Assembly: GCA_963741945.1 (NCBI GenBank)
Contig: CAVUKA010000004.1
Location: 128,001-192,000 of the forward strand
Direction of reading: 5' to 3'
DNA: 64,000 nucleotides
Source: an uncultured Gemmatimonadales bacterium
GTDB lineage: Bacteria; Gemmatimonadota; Gemmatimonadetes; Longimicrobiales; RSA9
The position numbers and the translations under genes are program-made. The notes beneath the pieces are model-generated. The model searched no databases and was not told the DNA's origin. It saw only the letters and a program-made list of their open reading frames with translations. Of this stretch, positions 8,144-17,602 are shown in pieces. The stretch's first letter is position 1. The number at the start of each line of letters is the position of its first letter.

Positions 8144-11100
8144 TTACGGCCGCACGGTCACGGTGAAGCCGATGCTCCTGGCCGTCGGGAACTGTCCGAA
8201 CTCCAGGCCCTGGACGTTGCCCGCGCTGAACGCGGTCTCCGGGTCGATGTTCGGCATGTCCGTCCACAGCGCCAGGTTCCGGCCGATCAGGGCGATGTCC
8301 GCCGAGCCGAAGCCCAGCTTGGTCACCCACGAATTCGGCAGCCGGACGCCCAGCTTCAGCTCGCGCAGCTTGACGTAGCTGGCGTCGTGGATGTACGGCT
8401 CGTGGCCCGGGTACGAACCCTCGAAATAATCCTGCGGGCACGCGGCCACCGCGTTTGCACCCGAGTTGTCCACCAGGTTCCCATTGGCGTCGTAGTACGC
8501 CGAGTGGGGTACGACGATGCCCGGATCGCACGGGCCGTTCTCACGTCCCAGGAGCGAGCCCTCGAGCACACCCGCGTACTCGCCGAACATGTTCGTCACG
8601 CTGTACACGTCACCGCCGTGCTGCATGTCGAACAGGACGCTGAGGTCGAAGGCCTTGTAGGTGAACCGGTTGAGCAGCCCACCCGTCCAGTCCGGATTGT
8701 AGTTGCCCAGCACCCGCCGGTGCGCCGCATCCTGCCGCGGCACGCCGCTCCCCGCGCTGACGATCACACGGCCCTCGGGGTCGCCCACGCCGTCACCATC
8801 CAGGTCCTCGCGCAGCAGCGGAGTCCCGAACAGCGCACCGTACGGCTCGCCTTTCCGTGCCTCGACGTTCAGCCCCCAGTACGTCCCGAGGACCAGCGTC
8901 TGCAGGTCGCCGTACAGCTTGACGACCTCGGAATTGTTCTTGGCCCAGTTCACCGTCATGTCCCAGCGGAGCCCGTTCGGCTGCTTCACCGGCGTGAGGT
9001 TGGCCAGCAGCTCGTAGCCCCAGTTCCGGACCTCACCGGCGTTCAGCACCTGGTTGCGGTAACCGCTCGTGGCCGAGATCTGGACCGGCATGATCTGGTT
9101 GACGGTGGTGTTGTCGTAGTACGTCACGACGAAGCCCACGCGCTCGTTCAGGAACCCGAGATCCGTCCCCACCTCCCACGCGGTGGTCTCCTCGGGCTTG
9201 AGGTTGGCGTTCGGCAGCGTGTTCGGCACCGAGAAGAGCGGCAGGCCCCCGAACGGGTCGTTCGAGTTGAACGTGGCCAGCAGCTGGTACGGATCGGCGT
9301 CGTTACCCACGCGCGTCCAGCTGGCACGCAGCTTCCCGGAGGAGAGCAGGTTGCTCTGGATCCCGAAGGCGTCCGTGAAGACGAATGCGCCGGAAACGGA
9401 GGGGTAGAAGTACGAGTTGTTCGCTTCAGGGAGCGTGCTCGACCAGTCGTTCCGGCCGGTCACGTCCAGGTTCAGGTAGTTCCGGAAGTTCAGCGTGGCC
9501 GCGCCGTAGAGGCTGTTGACCCGCTTCTTCTGGATGTCGTCGTTCGTGGTCGGCGTCACGCCGGCGTTGTCCAGCGTGTAGATGCCGGGGACCACCAGCT
9601 CGGACGCGCCGTAATTCGAGAGGTGGTACTCCTGGTCCCGGCGGTTGCCGCCGGCGTTCACCGTCAGCGTCAGGTCCGAGGTCAGGTTCCGCGTGCCCGT
9701 GATCAGGAAGTCCGTGTTGGTCTCACGGTTGAAGATCTCGTCGTGCGCGAAGGCGCCGCGCGGATTGCCGCCGCCGTACGTGCCCCACGCGTAGTTGCGC
9801 TGACGTGATTTCTGGTACCAGTCCGTGCCGGAGCGCACCGTTGCGGTGAGCCAGTCCGTGAAGTCGTAGCTCAGCAGCGCGTGCCCGAGCACGTGGTCCG
9901 TCACGGCGCTGTTCGTGTTCTCGTACGCCTCGACATACGGATTGTCGTGGTACGAGTAGTTCCAGTTGTAGTAGTCGTTGCCCAGCACGCAGCCGGGGCG
10001 CGTATCGCCCGCCACGCACTTGTAGTTCTTCAGCGATGCGACGTCCACCTGCCGGCCGAACCAGATGAACTGCTGCATCACGTTGATGCCGGTGTACCCC
10101 GTCGCGGGCAGGTTGTCGACGTTGTTCTTCATGTAGTCGATGGCACCCTCGGCCCGCATCCGGTCGGTGACATCCAGCCCGCCGGCCAGTGAGGCGCCGA
10201 GCCGATTGATCTCGTTGTTCGGGTACATGCCATTCTGCTGCATGTTGGTCACGGATAGACGCACGTTGCTCCGCTCGTCGCTGCGCGCGATCGCCACGTT
10301 CGTGTTCACCGTCACACCCGTCTCGAAGAAGTCACGGACGTTGTTCGGGTGCGGGCACCACGGCTGGTTCTTCCCGCTGAACTGGTCCACCAGCGTGTCA
10401 CAGCTCAGCGCCGGGCCCCAGCTCTCGTCCATGCCGTCCGCCACGCCGCCCCAGTTGCCGTCGGCCCACTGGAACTCGCCGCTCGAGCCCTGGCCGTACT
10501 TGTTCTGGTAGTCCGGCAGGCGCAGCGGCGTGTCGAACATGGTCGACACGGTGGCGCTGATCCCGAGACCGGCACCGTGATAGCCCTTCTTCGTCGTGAT
10601 GACCACGGCGCCGTTCGCGGCCCGCGAGCCATAGAGCGCAGCGGCGTTCGGGCCCTTCAGCACCGAGATCGACTCGATGTTGTTCGGATCGAGGTCGCCC
10701 GCACTGTTGGCGTAGTTGTAGCCGCCACCCGTCGCGTTGCTGGTGCCGTTGTTCGACCGCGAGCTGTTGTCGATCGGGATGCCATCGACCACGAACAGCG
10801 GCTGGTTGTTGCCGTTGATCGAGCTCGCGCCGCGGATCACGATGCGGGACGCGCCGCCCGGGCCGGCCGTGTTCGTGATGTGCACGCCCGCAACGTTGCC
10901 GTGCAGCGCGTCCACCACGTTCAGCTTCGGCACTTCGGAGATCTGCTCCGCGCTGACGTCCTGCACGGAGTAGCCGAGGCTGCGCTTCTCACGCTGGATC
11001 CCGAGCGCCGTCACGGTGAGGCCCTCGAGGCCGATCGCCTCCCGGGTCATCGTCACGTTGACCACGGGACCGGTGATCTCGCGCTCCATCGTTCGATAGC

Positions 11101-11338
11101 CGAGATAGCTGAAGACCAGCTCGCCGGAGCCGGCGGGGACGCGAATGGCGAAATTACCGTTGCCGTCCGACAGCGTGCCTACCGTGGTGCCCTTCACCAC
11201 GATCTGCACGCCCGCCAGCGGCTGTCCCGAGTCCTCGGCCGTCACCTGGCCGGTTACTCGGTTTTCCTGGGCGCTCAGCCACGTCGGCACTGAAAGCAGC
11301 GCCGCGATGGCGAGAGCCCGCCGCAGGTTGGAATACAT
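8144..11338 (-). CDS. susC: SusC/RagA family TonB-dependent transporter
   Basis: ATG 11338 with GGAGGA RBS; signal peptide; VTALGIQREKRSLGYSVQ, QPLFVVDGIP, SISVLKGPNAAALYGSRAANG, RNDWSSTLP, NLKPE. Confidence 0.95.
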   Translation of the reverse strand: MYSNLRRALAIAALLSVPTWLSAQENRVTGQVTAEDSGQPLAGVQIVVKGTTVGTLSDGNGNFAIRVPAGSGELVFSYLGYRTMEREITGPVVNVTMTREAIGLEGLTVTALGIQREKRSLGYSVQDVSAEQISEVPKLNVVDALHGNVAGVHITNTAGPGGASRIVIRGASSINGNNQPLFVVDGIPIDNSSRSNNGTSNATGGGYNYANSAGDLDPNNIESISVLKGPNAAALYGSRAANGAVVITTKKGYHGAGLGISATVSTMFDTPLRLPDYQNKYGQGSSGEFQWADGNWGGVADGMDESWGPALSCDTLVDQFSGKNQPWCPHPNNVRDFFETGVTVNTNVAIARSDERSNVRLSVTNMQQNGMYPNNEINRLGASLAGGLDVTDRMRAEGAIDYMKNNVDNLPATGYTGINVMQQFIWFGRQVDVASLKNYKCVAGDTRPGCVLGNDYYNWNYSYHDNPYVEAYENTNSAVTDHVLGHALLSYDFTDWLTATVRSGTDWYQKSRQRNYAWGTYGGGNPRGAFAHDEIFNRETNTDFLITGTRNLTSDLTLTVNAGGNRRDQEYHLSNYGASELVVPGIYTLDNAGVTPTTNDDIQKKRVNSLYGAATLNFRNYLNLDVTGRNDWSSTLPEANNSYFYPSVSGAFVFTDAFGIQSNLLSSGKLRASWTRVGNDADPYQLLATFNSNDPFGGLPLFSVPNTLPNANLKPEETTAWEVGTDLGFLNERVGFVVTYYDNTTVNQIMPVQISATSGYRNQVLNAGEVRNWGYELLANLTPVKQPNGLRWDMTVNWAKNNSEVVKLYGDLQTLVLGTYWGLNVEARKGEPYGALFGTPLLREDLDGDGVGDPEGRVIVSAGSGVPRQDAAHRRVLGNYNPDWTGGLLNRFTYKAFDLSVLFDMQHGGDVYSVTNMFGEYAGVLEGSLLGRENGPCDPGIVVPHSAYYDANGNLVDNSGANAVAACPQDYFEGSYPGHEPYIHDASYVKLRELKLGVRLPNSWVTKLGFGSADIALIGRNLALWTDMPNIDPETAFSAGNVQGLEFGQFPTARSIGFTVTVRP

Positions 11339-11392
11339 ACATCCTCCAGGGAAAGGAAACTGGTTCGGAGAGGCGGCCACTTCATACCGCTG

Positions 11393-11436
11393 CGGGAGAC
11401 CCCATCTCCCGGTACGGGAGACCCCATCTCCCGGTA
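11393..11436. repeat. Perfect 2 x 22-bp tandem repeat, each unit an internal inverted repeat
   Basis: CGGGAGACCCCATCTCCCGGTA at 11393-11414 and 11415-11436; CGGGAGA pairs with TCTCCCG. Confidence 0.9.
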
Positions 11437-11785
11437 ATCGAATGCGCGGCACACGCCGCCCCGGGCGGCCGTGATTCGAATCCGAATGCGACGGTCCGGG
11501 GATCCGGGTGCAGGTGTTCGGTAGGACACCCGGCATTCCAGCGCTCCGGCAGTGGCAGCTGCCCCATGGAGCGGGGCCGACGCGATTCTTTGGGGGGACC
11601 CGGTCAACACCGGGCCGATGGTACAGGGTGCAGTAACTCTACGGCGTCGGAGACCTCCTTGCAGTAGTGGATGTGAAAGCTGCGCGGCCTCCGCTGTTCG
11701 CGGTGCCGGTCGCGCGAGCTTTCCAGCCGATAGGGGACTTAAGCCGCGGGCGCCCCGAAGTCAACCCTTGTCGACCCGCGGCAGC

Positions 11786-12976
11786 TCACCGCCCCACCGT
11801 TCCCGGCGTACGGGAAATCAGGAGGATCGCCACCGCCACCGCCACGACGGCGGCCCCGGTCAGCCACGCCGTCCGTTTCCCCGCCCGCGCGGACGTCTCC
11901 AGTGCGTGCGGCAGCAGGACCATCAGCGCCACCACCACCGTGGATGCGGCCGCGATCAGCCAGCTCCCGCCGCCGCCCCGCGCCTGCGTCCCAGCCCCCG
12001 GGTGCAACAGGAGAAGATGCGCACCGGTCACCGCCACGAACACGACCAGACCGAGCGTCACGGCGACCCCGGTCCTCCGCCCTGCCGCGGGCTCCAGCAC
12101 CCGTGCGATCAGGAGCAGGGCGGCGCCGTGCCCCACGGCGAGGGCGACCACTCCGGCCGTTCCGGCTCCTCGCGCAAGGAAGCCAGCGGCCATCAGCGCC
12201 GCCAGTGCCACGGCGGCCGCGCGTGTTCGTGTCAGGTCGCTGTGCCCGAGCAGCACGGCCATGGCCGCGCCAGCGCCGCATGCGCCGGCCAGCGCCGCCA
12301 TCGCGAACGGCGCCCCCGCCCATGCGGCGACGGCCGCGGCGTTCCCGAGGAATTGCAGGTCGAGGAACAGGAGGAGCCCGAGGGCGAGGGCGCCCCGTCG
12401 TCGCAGACCTCCGGACCTGCGTTCCAGGCCGCGCGGCGGCTCGCCCGCGTCAGTTGCGCGCTCGAACACCCCGGCGCTGGCCAGCAGCGCGATCGAAAGC
12501 GCGAGTTGAACGGGCAGCCAGGCGCCGGCGAGGGATGGATCGCGGCCTCCGCCGGGGAGGCGCAGCAGCTGGTCCACCACGAGTCCCGACACTGCGCCCG
12601 CCATGACCGCGCCTCGATCCAGCCAGCCGCTTCCCCAGGCCAGGAAGAGACCGGCAAAAGCCAGTACCAGGGCGGCGCCCGCGAGCCGGGTCGGGAGCGC
12701 GGGATGGATCATCGGCACGCGGAAGATGGCCACGCCCGCCGCGGCCACCGCCACCGCACCGCCGCGCTCGAGCCACCGCGGCAGCGGCAGGAGCGGCAGG
12801 AGGAGGGCGAGCAGCGAAGCTCCGAGCAACGCCGCCCGCCCGGGTGAGAGGGCGGGCCCGGCGGTGTCACGGGCCAGCCCCAGGGCGGCCGGGAAGAACG
12901 CTCGCTGCGCCTCCGCCAGAAACAGGAAGACCAGGGCGCTCGTCATCAGCGACCTCGCCCATGCACGCGGCGGCAT
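11786..12976 (-). CDS. Hypothetical polytopic membrane protein
   Basis: 396 aa with many Ala/Leu-rich hydrophobic segments; fills the gap between gvpL/F and the susC leader. Confidence 0.65.
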   Translation of the reverse strand: MPPRAWARSLMTSALVFLFLAEAQRAFFPAALGLARDTAGPALSPGRAALLGASLLALLLPLLPLPRWLERGGAVAVAAAGVAIFRVPMIHPALPTRLAGAALVLAFAGLFLAWGSGWLDRGAVMAGAVSGLVVDQLLRLPGGGRDPSLAGAWLPVQLALSIALLASAGVFERATDAGEPPRGLERRSGGLRRRGALALGLLLFLDLQFLGNAAAVAAWAGAPFAMAALAGACGAGAAMAVLLGHSDLTRTRAAAVALAALMAAGFLARGAGTAGVVALAVGHGAALLLIARVLEPAAGRRTGVAVTLGLVVFVAVTGAHLLLLHPGAGTQARGGGGSWLIAAASTVVVALMVLLPHALETSARAGKRTAWLTGAAVVAVAVAILLISRTPGTVGR

Positions 12977-13072
12977 CCGGCCGCTCAGTCGGCTCCTCCA
13001 GCTGGCGACGGAGCCGATGCGGGGGTCGGTGCCGCCGTCGAGCGCGACGATAGCTCCGGCCGCCGGCGCCGC

Positions 13073-13858
13073 TCAGGCACCCGGTGCCTCGAGGAAGCGA
13101 TAGGGAGCCGATGGGCCGTCCAGCTCGACCGTCAGGCCGAGAAGCCGGGCTCGCTCCCTGGCCGCGACCACCCGGGTTCGGAGCGTCGGCTCCGTGCCGC
13201 GCGCCACCAGCAGCGCCGTGCTGGCGAGCACCGGCACCCCTGCGGGCGGGGTGAGCGGGCGCACCGATTCCGCCACCGCTTCGATCCCGGCCATCAGGTC
13301 CCGCGCCAGCCGATGCGCCGCCGCCCGACCCTCGTTCCGGGCGACGCTCGAGCGCCGCTTGTGCAGGGGGAACCTGTCTCCGGGCTTCGCCGCCGCGATC
13401 GCACGCTCGACCGCAGCGACTTCCTCCGATATTTCCGCGAGGTTCTCGTCCAGCTCCGCCATGTCGTATCCCACGGTCAGGTCCCACTCGCGGAGCCCCC
13501 GGAACCGATTCAGCTCCCGCCCGATCCGATCCGCATCGTGCGCGGCCGATTCGAGCAGCGTCCTTCGCGTGCTGAACACGTTCAGCAGGCGGGAGGGGAG
13601 GATGGTCGTGTGCTCGACGAACCAGCGGATGGCCTCTTCGTGATGCAGTCCGAGCTCCGAGATCCACGCCATGTCGGCGCAGTTCCGCTCCAGCCCGCGG
13701 CCCATGAACTCGCCCCGGTCCACCGACGAGACCACCGCCAGGAAGGAAAGGTCGTCGGCGCCGGCGAGCTCCACGCTCCCGCGCCCGACGCCGCGCAGGC
13801 CGCCGCGTGGAAGCCGCGCGTCTGCCGGGACGAAGCCGTACAGATAGATTGGGTTCAT
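13073..13858 (-). CDS. GvpL/GvpF family gas vesicle protein
   Basis: MNPIYLYGFV start, HHEEAIRW...TTILPSRLLNVF, GLREWDL, ALLVARG, LTVELDGPSAPYRF (GPWPPYxF-like C-terminus). Confidence 0.85.
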   Translation of the reverse strand: MNPIYLYGFVPADARLPRGGLRGVGRGSVELAGADDLSFLAVVSSVDRGEFMGRGLERNCADMAWISELGLHHEEAIRWFVEHTTILPSRLLNVFSTRRTLLESAAHDADRIGRELNRFRGLREWDLTVGYDMAELDENLAEISEEVAAVERAIAAAKPGDRFPLHKRRSSVARNEGRAAAHRLARDLMAGIEAVAESVRPLTPPAGVPVLASTALLVARGTEPTLRTRVVAARERARLLGLTVELDGPSAPYRFLEAPGA

Positions 13859-14006
13859 CCGCGCACGGGTGCTCCTGCGACAGGGTCTCGCTCTTCTGCC
13901 ATTGCTGCGGCACCTCTTGCGCTGCAAACTTGATCGAGGGCGGCGGCCGCAGTCAACGATGGCGAGCATGCCGGCCGCCGTACGAGTCGGGCTCGCGCCG
14001 CGCAGA

Positions 14007-14022
14007 TGCCAGCTTCGTGCCG
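14007..14022 (-). promoter_or_regulatory. Candidate sigma-54 (-24/-12) promoter upstream of gvpL/F
   Basis: Minus strand CGGCACGAAGCTGGCA = GG-N10-GC with GGCAC, intergenic, about 150 nt upstream of ATG 13858. Confidence 0.45.
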
Positions 14023-14157
14023 TGCATTCCGTCTCCGGCCGAAGTGCCGGCCACGCGTGTCCGGCGGAGCCCCCCGGAGAATCGGCGCGCCCTTTGCGGT
14101 GCCGGAGCCGGAGGCACCGGATCGCGCCGGCACCCCTGCACACGAAACCAGAGATCC

Positions 14158-14913
14158 ATGCCGCGCACGTACGCTTTCATTCTCGCGCTGATGCTGCCGG
14201 CTGCATCCTGCACCCCCGTGCGCACCCGCGTGCCGGAGCAGCCCGAGCCTGTCGCGCGTCTCGATCGGGGCCTCGCCGCGTCCGAGGCAGGTCGGTACTC
14301 CGACGCACGGCGCGACCTCACCTGGGTCTACCTGAATTGTACCGGTCACGTGGCCGGCTATCGCGCCGCCGCCGGCCTGGCTGCGGTCGAGCTGGACCCG
14401 CGCAACCCCGAGGGCCGCCCCGCCTTCGGGACCCGCCTGCTCGGCTGGCTCATCCAGTCACCTGGCACCCCTCCCTGGACACGGCCTGCCATCGAGACCG
14501 GATACCTTCTGGCCGTGGCCCTCGGAGCGCCCCCCGCCGACGCGAGCCGCGTCCCCGGGGATTCCACCGCGGCGGGCGAGACAGCCACGGGCCAGGTGGC
14601 CTCTGGCACCCCCCTCCCCGGTGACACCGTGCCAGTCAGCCCGGACACTGCCGCTCCCCGCCCGCTCCCTGCGGCGGCGCCCTCGGCGGCCGGGCAGGCG
14701 CTGCCTGGCTGCGGCCAGGAGACGACGGTCGCGTCGGACGTCGCCTGGGTAGCGCCCCCGCTGCCCGCGCTGCCAGGCCCTTCCATGGCCGCGATCCTGG
14801 CGCTCGCGGAAGAACGGCGAGACTCCCTCGCGCAACAGCTCCGGGCCGCGCAGAGCCAGCTGGACTCGGTGCAGACCGAGCTGGAGCGCATCCGCAAGAC
14901 TCTGAAGCCGTAG
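14158..14913 (+). CDS. Hypothetical lipoprotein with TPR-like helices and C-terminal coiled coil
   Basis: MPRTYAFILALMLPAASC lipobox; Pro/Ala linker; LAQQLRAAQSQLDSVQTELERIRKTL heptads. Confidence 0.7.
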   Translation: MPRTYAFILALMLPAASCTPVRTRVPEQPEPVARLDRGLAASEAGRYSDARRDLTWVYLNCTGHVAGYRAAAGLAAVELDPRNPEGRPAFGTRLLGWLIQSPGTPPWTRPAIETGYLLAVALGAPPADASRVPGDSTAAGETATGQVASGTPLPGDTVPVSPDTAAPRPLPAAAPSAAGQALPGCGQETTVASDVAWVAPPLPALPGPSMAAILALAEERRDSLAQQLRAAQSQLDSVQTELERIRKTLKP

Positions 14914-14917
14914 TCGG

Positions 14918-16366
14918 ATGACGGTCCGGGCCCGGCTCCTCGTGACCATCGGTGGGATCATCCTCCTGCTGGTGCTCCCCTCGCTCTACGGCATCACCCA
15001 GCTGCGGCGGGTCCGCGCCATCGCCGAGGGACTCGAGGAAGTCCACGCCGGCGACGTCCTCACTCTCGGGAATCTGCGCGCCGAGCTGGCGGAGCTCGAT
15101 CGCATGGTCCGCAGCTACGTCGTGGAACCCGCCGCCGAGTACCGGCAGGGCGCGAGCTCGGAAATCCGGGGCGCCCACCACAATCTCGACAGGCTCGCGA
15201 GCTCCGGGCTGGACGGTGAGGTGTCCGCGGCGCGTGCCCGGCTCGACTCGCTCGATAACGGCGTCCGTCGCCTGGAGCAGATGATGGAATCGGGCCGGCG
15301 TGACGAAGCCACCAGCTTCCTCCTCAACCACGTCCGGCCGCTCATCGAAGGGATGCGGGCATCCCTCGGGTCCGTGGCCACCGCGCTCGACGAACGCGGC
15401 AAGCAGGCCGTGCGGGAAGCCCAGGTGGTCAGCGCCGCCGCCACCCGCACCACCATGCTCGTGGTCGTCATCGCGCTCCTCCTGACCATCATCCTCGGCC
15501 TCTGGACCACGGACGCATTGTCCCGTCCGCTCCGCCGCCTCTCGGAGGCCACCGGGGCGGTGGCCGGAGGAGACTTCAAGGCGCCCCCCCATCTCGACTA
15601 TGACCGCGCCGACGAGATCGGGCACCTCTCCCGCTCCTTCGCGCTCATGACCGAGCAGCTCACCGAGCTCGACCGCCTCAAGGCCGAGTTCGTCAGCCTG
15701 GCCACGCACGAGCTGAAGACCCCGATCAACGTCATCATGGGCTACACCGAGCTCATGGAAGAGGGCCTCTACGGCGACCTCGCCCCCAGGCAGAAGGAGA
15801 TCACGGGGCTGATCCGCGACCAGGCCGGCTCCCTCAGCAGGCTCGTCAATCAGCTCCTGGACCTCTCCCGCTTCGAGGCCGGCGGGCTCAGGATCGAGCC
15901 CGCTCCCGTCGAGCTGGCCGGCCTCCTCACCGACGTCGAGGCGGCGTTCCGCGCGCTGGCCACACAGAAGCGGGTCCGCTTCGAGATCGAGCTGCAGGAT
16001 TCCGCGCCCGACATGGTGGTGATGGACAGGGACCGGATCCGTCACGAAGTCCTCGGCAACCTCCTCGCCAATGCGTTCAAGTTCACGGACACGGGCGGCA
16101 CCGTCCGCGTGCGGGCGTGGGGAGACGATGGCGCCGTCCACATCACGGTGAACGACACCGGGGCCGGCATCCCGCAGGACCAGCTGGAGCACGTCTTCGA
16201 CAAGTACTACCAGGTGGGAGCGGAAGCCAAAGCCCAGGGGAGTGGTCTCGGCCTCGCCATTGCCAAGCAGGTGGTCGACGGGCACCACGGTCGAATCACG
16301 GTCTCCAGCACGGTCGACCAGGGGACCACCTTTCACGTTACGCTCCCGGAAGGTGGCGGCGAATGA
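14918..16366 (+). CDS. HAMP-domain sensor histidine kinase
   Basis: Two TM helices, periplasmic helical domain, HAMP (DEIGHLSRSF), THELKTP H-box, NLLANAFKFT, DTGAGI, GSGLGLAI. Confidence 0.95.
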   Translation: MTVRARLLVTIGGIILLLVLPSLYGITQLRRVRAIAEGLEEVHAGDVLTLGNLRAELAELDRMVRSYVVEPAAEYRQGASSEIRGAHHNLDRLASSGLDGEVSAARARLDSLDNGVRRLEQMMESGRRDEATSFLLNHVRPLIEGMRASLGSVATALDERGKQAVREAQVVSAAATRTTMLVVVIALLLTIILGLWTTDALSRPLRRLSEATGAVAGGDFKAPPHLDYDRADEIGHLSRSFALMTEQLTELDRLKAEFVSLATHELKTPINVIMGYTELMEEGLYGDLAPRQKEITGLIRDQAGSLSRLVNQLLDLSRFEAGGLRIEPAPVELAGLLTDVEAAFRALATQKRVRFEIELQDSAPDMVVMDRDRIRHEVLGNLLANAFKFTDTGGTVRVRAWGDDGAVHITVNDTGAGIPQDQLEHVFDKYYQVGAEAKAQGSGLGLAIAKQVVDGHHGRITVSSTVDQGTTFHVTLPEGGGE

Positions 16367-17271
16367 ACCGCGTCTGGGACGCCGTGGTCATCGGCGCGGG
16401 CCCGGCCGGCCTGTCGGCCGCGCTGTGGCTGGCCCGCTACCGGCGTCGCACGCTGGTCATGGATGACGAACAGCCCAGGAACCGCGCAGCCTGGGCCGTT
16501 CACGGATACCCGGGGATCCGGGATCCTCGACCGGAAGTGCTGCGACAGCGGATGGACGAGCAGGCTCGCGCCGCGGGCGCCATCATCGAGCGGTGCCGCG
16601 CCGTCGGAGTGGTGGGCGCCCGCGACGACTTCACCGTCCGTCAGCACGACGGAGACCAGACCAGCGCCCGCCGGCTCCTCCTCGCCTACGGCCGAACGGA
16701 TCGCGTCCCCGACATCCCCGGGCTCCGCTCACTCCTGGGAAGCTCCGTGTTCCACTGCCCTGACTGCGACGGGCCCAGTGTCACCGACCTGCGCGTCGGC
16801 GTGCTCGGCCACGACCGGAACGCGGCCGAGCTCGCTCTCTTCCTCCTGACCTGGACGCCCGATGTACGGCTCTTCACTCATGGACGCGAGCCGGACCTCG
16901 AGCCCCGCATCCTCCGGCTCCTGGATGACAACGGTATCGCCATCGAGAACGCCACGATTCACCGGGCTGTCGGTCGCGCGGGAGGTCTCGAGCACCTCGA
17001 CACGGACCGGGGCAGCCTCCCCGTGGACGCCCTCTTCTTCCACTGGGGCAGTCAGCCCTCTACCACCATCGCGGCGACGCTGGGCTGCGACTGCTACTCC
17101 TCCGGCGACATCCGGGTCAACGGCCGGACCCTCGAGACTTCCGTCCCCGGCGTCTATGGCGCCGGCGACATCATCGGCCGCCCGTATCTCGCCATCAGCG
17201 CCGCCGCCGAGGGCGTCCGCGCGGCCCTCGCCATCCACCGATCCCTTCTCCCCCCCGAGTTCGACCTCTGA
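16363..17271 (+). CDS. NAD(P)/FAD-dependent oxidoreductase, thioredoxin-reductase-like
   Basis: ATGA overlap with kinase stop; VIGAGPAGLSAA, FHCPDCDG (CxxC), ETSVPGVYGAGD. Confidence 0.9.
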   Translation: MNRVWDAVVIGAGPAGLSAALWLARYRRRTLVMDDEQPRNRAAWAVHGYPGIRDPRPEVLRQRMDEQARAAGAIIERCRAVGVVGARDDFTVRQHDGDQTSARRLLLAYGRTDRVPDIPGLRSLLGSSVFHCPDCDGPSVTDLRVGVLGHDRNAAELALFLLTWTPDVRLFTHGREPDLEPRILRLLDDNGIAIENATIHRAVGRAGGLEHLDTDRGSLPVDALFFHWGSQPSTTIAATLGCDCYSSGDIRVNGRTLETSVPGVYGAGDIIGRPYLAISAAAEGVRAALAIHRSLLPPEFDL

Positions 17272-17321
17272 GGCCCGGCCCCCGCTGGCGGGCCGCCGCC
17301 CCTCGGGCCTACTTTCGTCCC

Positions 17322-17588
17322 ATGAAACGTGATCCTCGAGGCCACCACCTGGCCACGGTCAGTCACGACGGACGCTTCTGGGATGCCTACCTCGAAGTCG
17401 ACGAGTCCCCGGACCGTGGCCACCCCGTCCGCGGTCGCATCGCCTTCTCGGCCGCCGATGACCCGGACGCCGAGCCCGTACGCACCGCCACCATCTTCCT
17501 CGAGGACTCGGCACAGGAGGTCCTCGCCCGCGCGCGCGACTTCAAGACCCACCAGCTCATCGCGCTGCTCCGCTCTTCGGCACCCTGA
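17322..17588 (+). CDS. Small hypothetical protein
   Basis: 88 aa, ATG start, protein-like composition (HLATVSHDGRFWDAYLE), co-directional with upstream operon. Confidence 0.65.
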   Translation: MKRDPRGHHLATVSHDGRFWDAYLEVDESPDRGHPVRGRIAFSAADDPDAEPVRTATIFLEDSAQEVLARARDFKTHQLIALLRSSAP

Positions 17589-17602
17589 ACCCGCGGGGCC
17601 GA

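Noticed and set aside
11393-11436. CRISPR array
   Set aside because: Only two directly abutting copies, no spacers and no cas genes
11440-11600. Cobalamin or TPP riboswitch upstream of susC (GCCACTG on minus strand)
   Set aside because: Other conserved elements of these riboswitches were not recognisable; needs an Rfam scan
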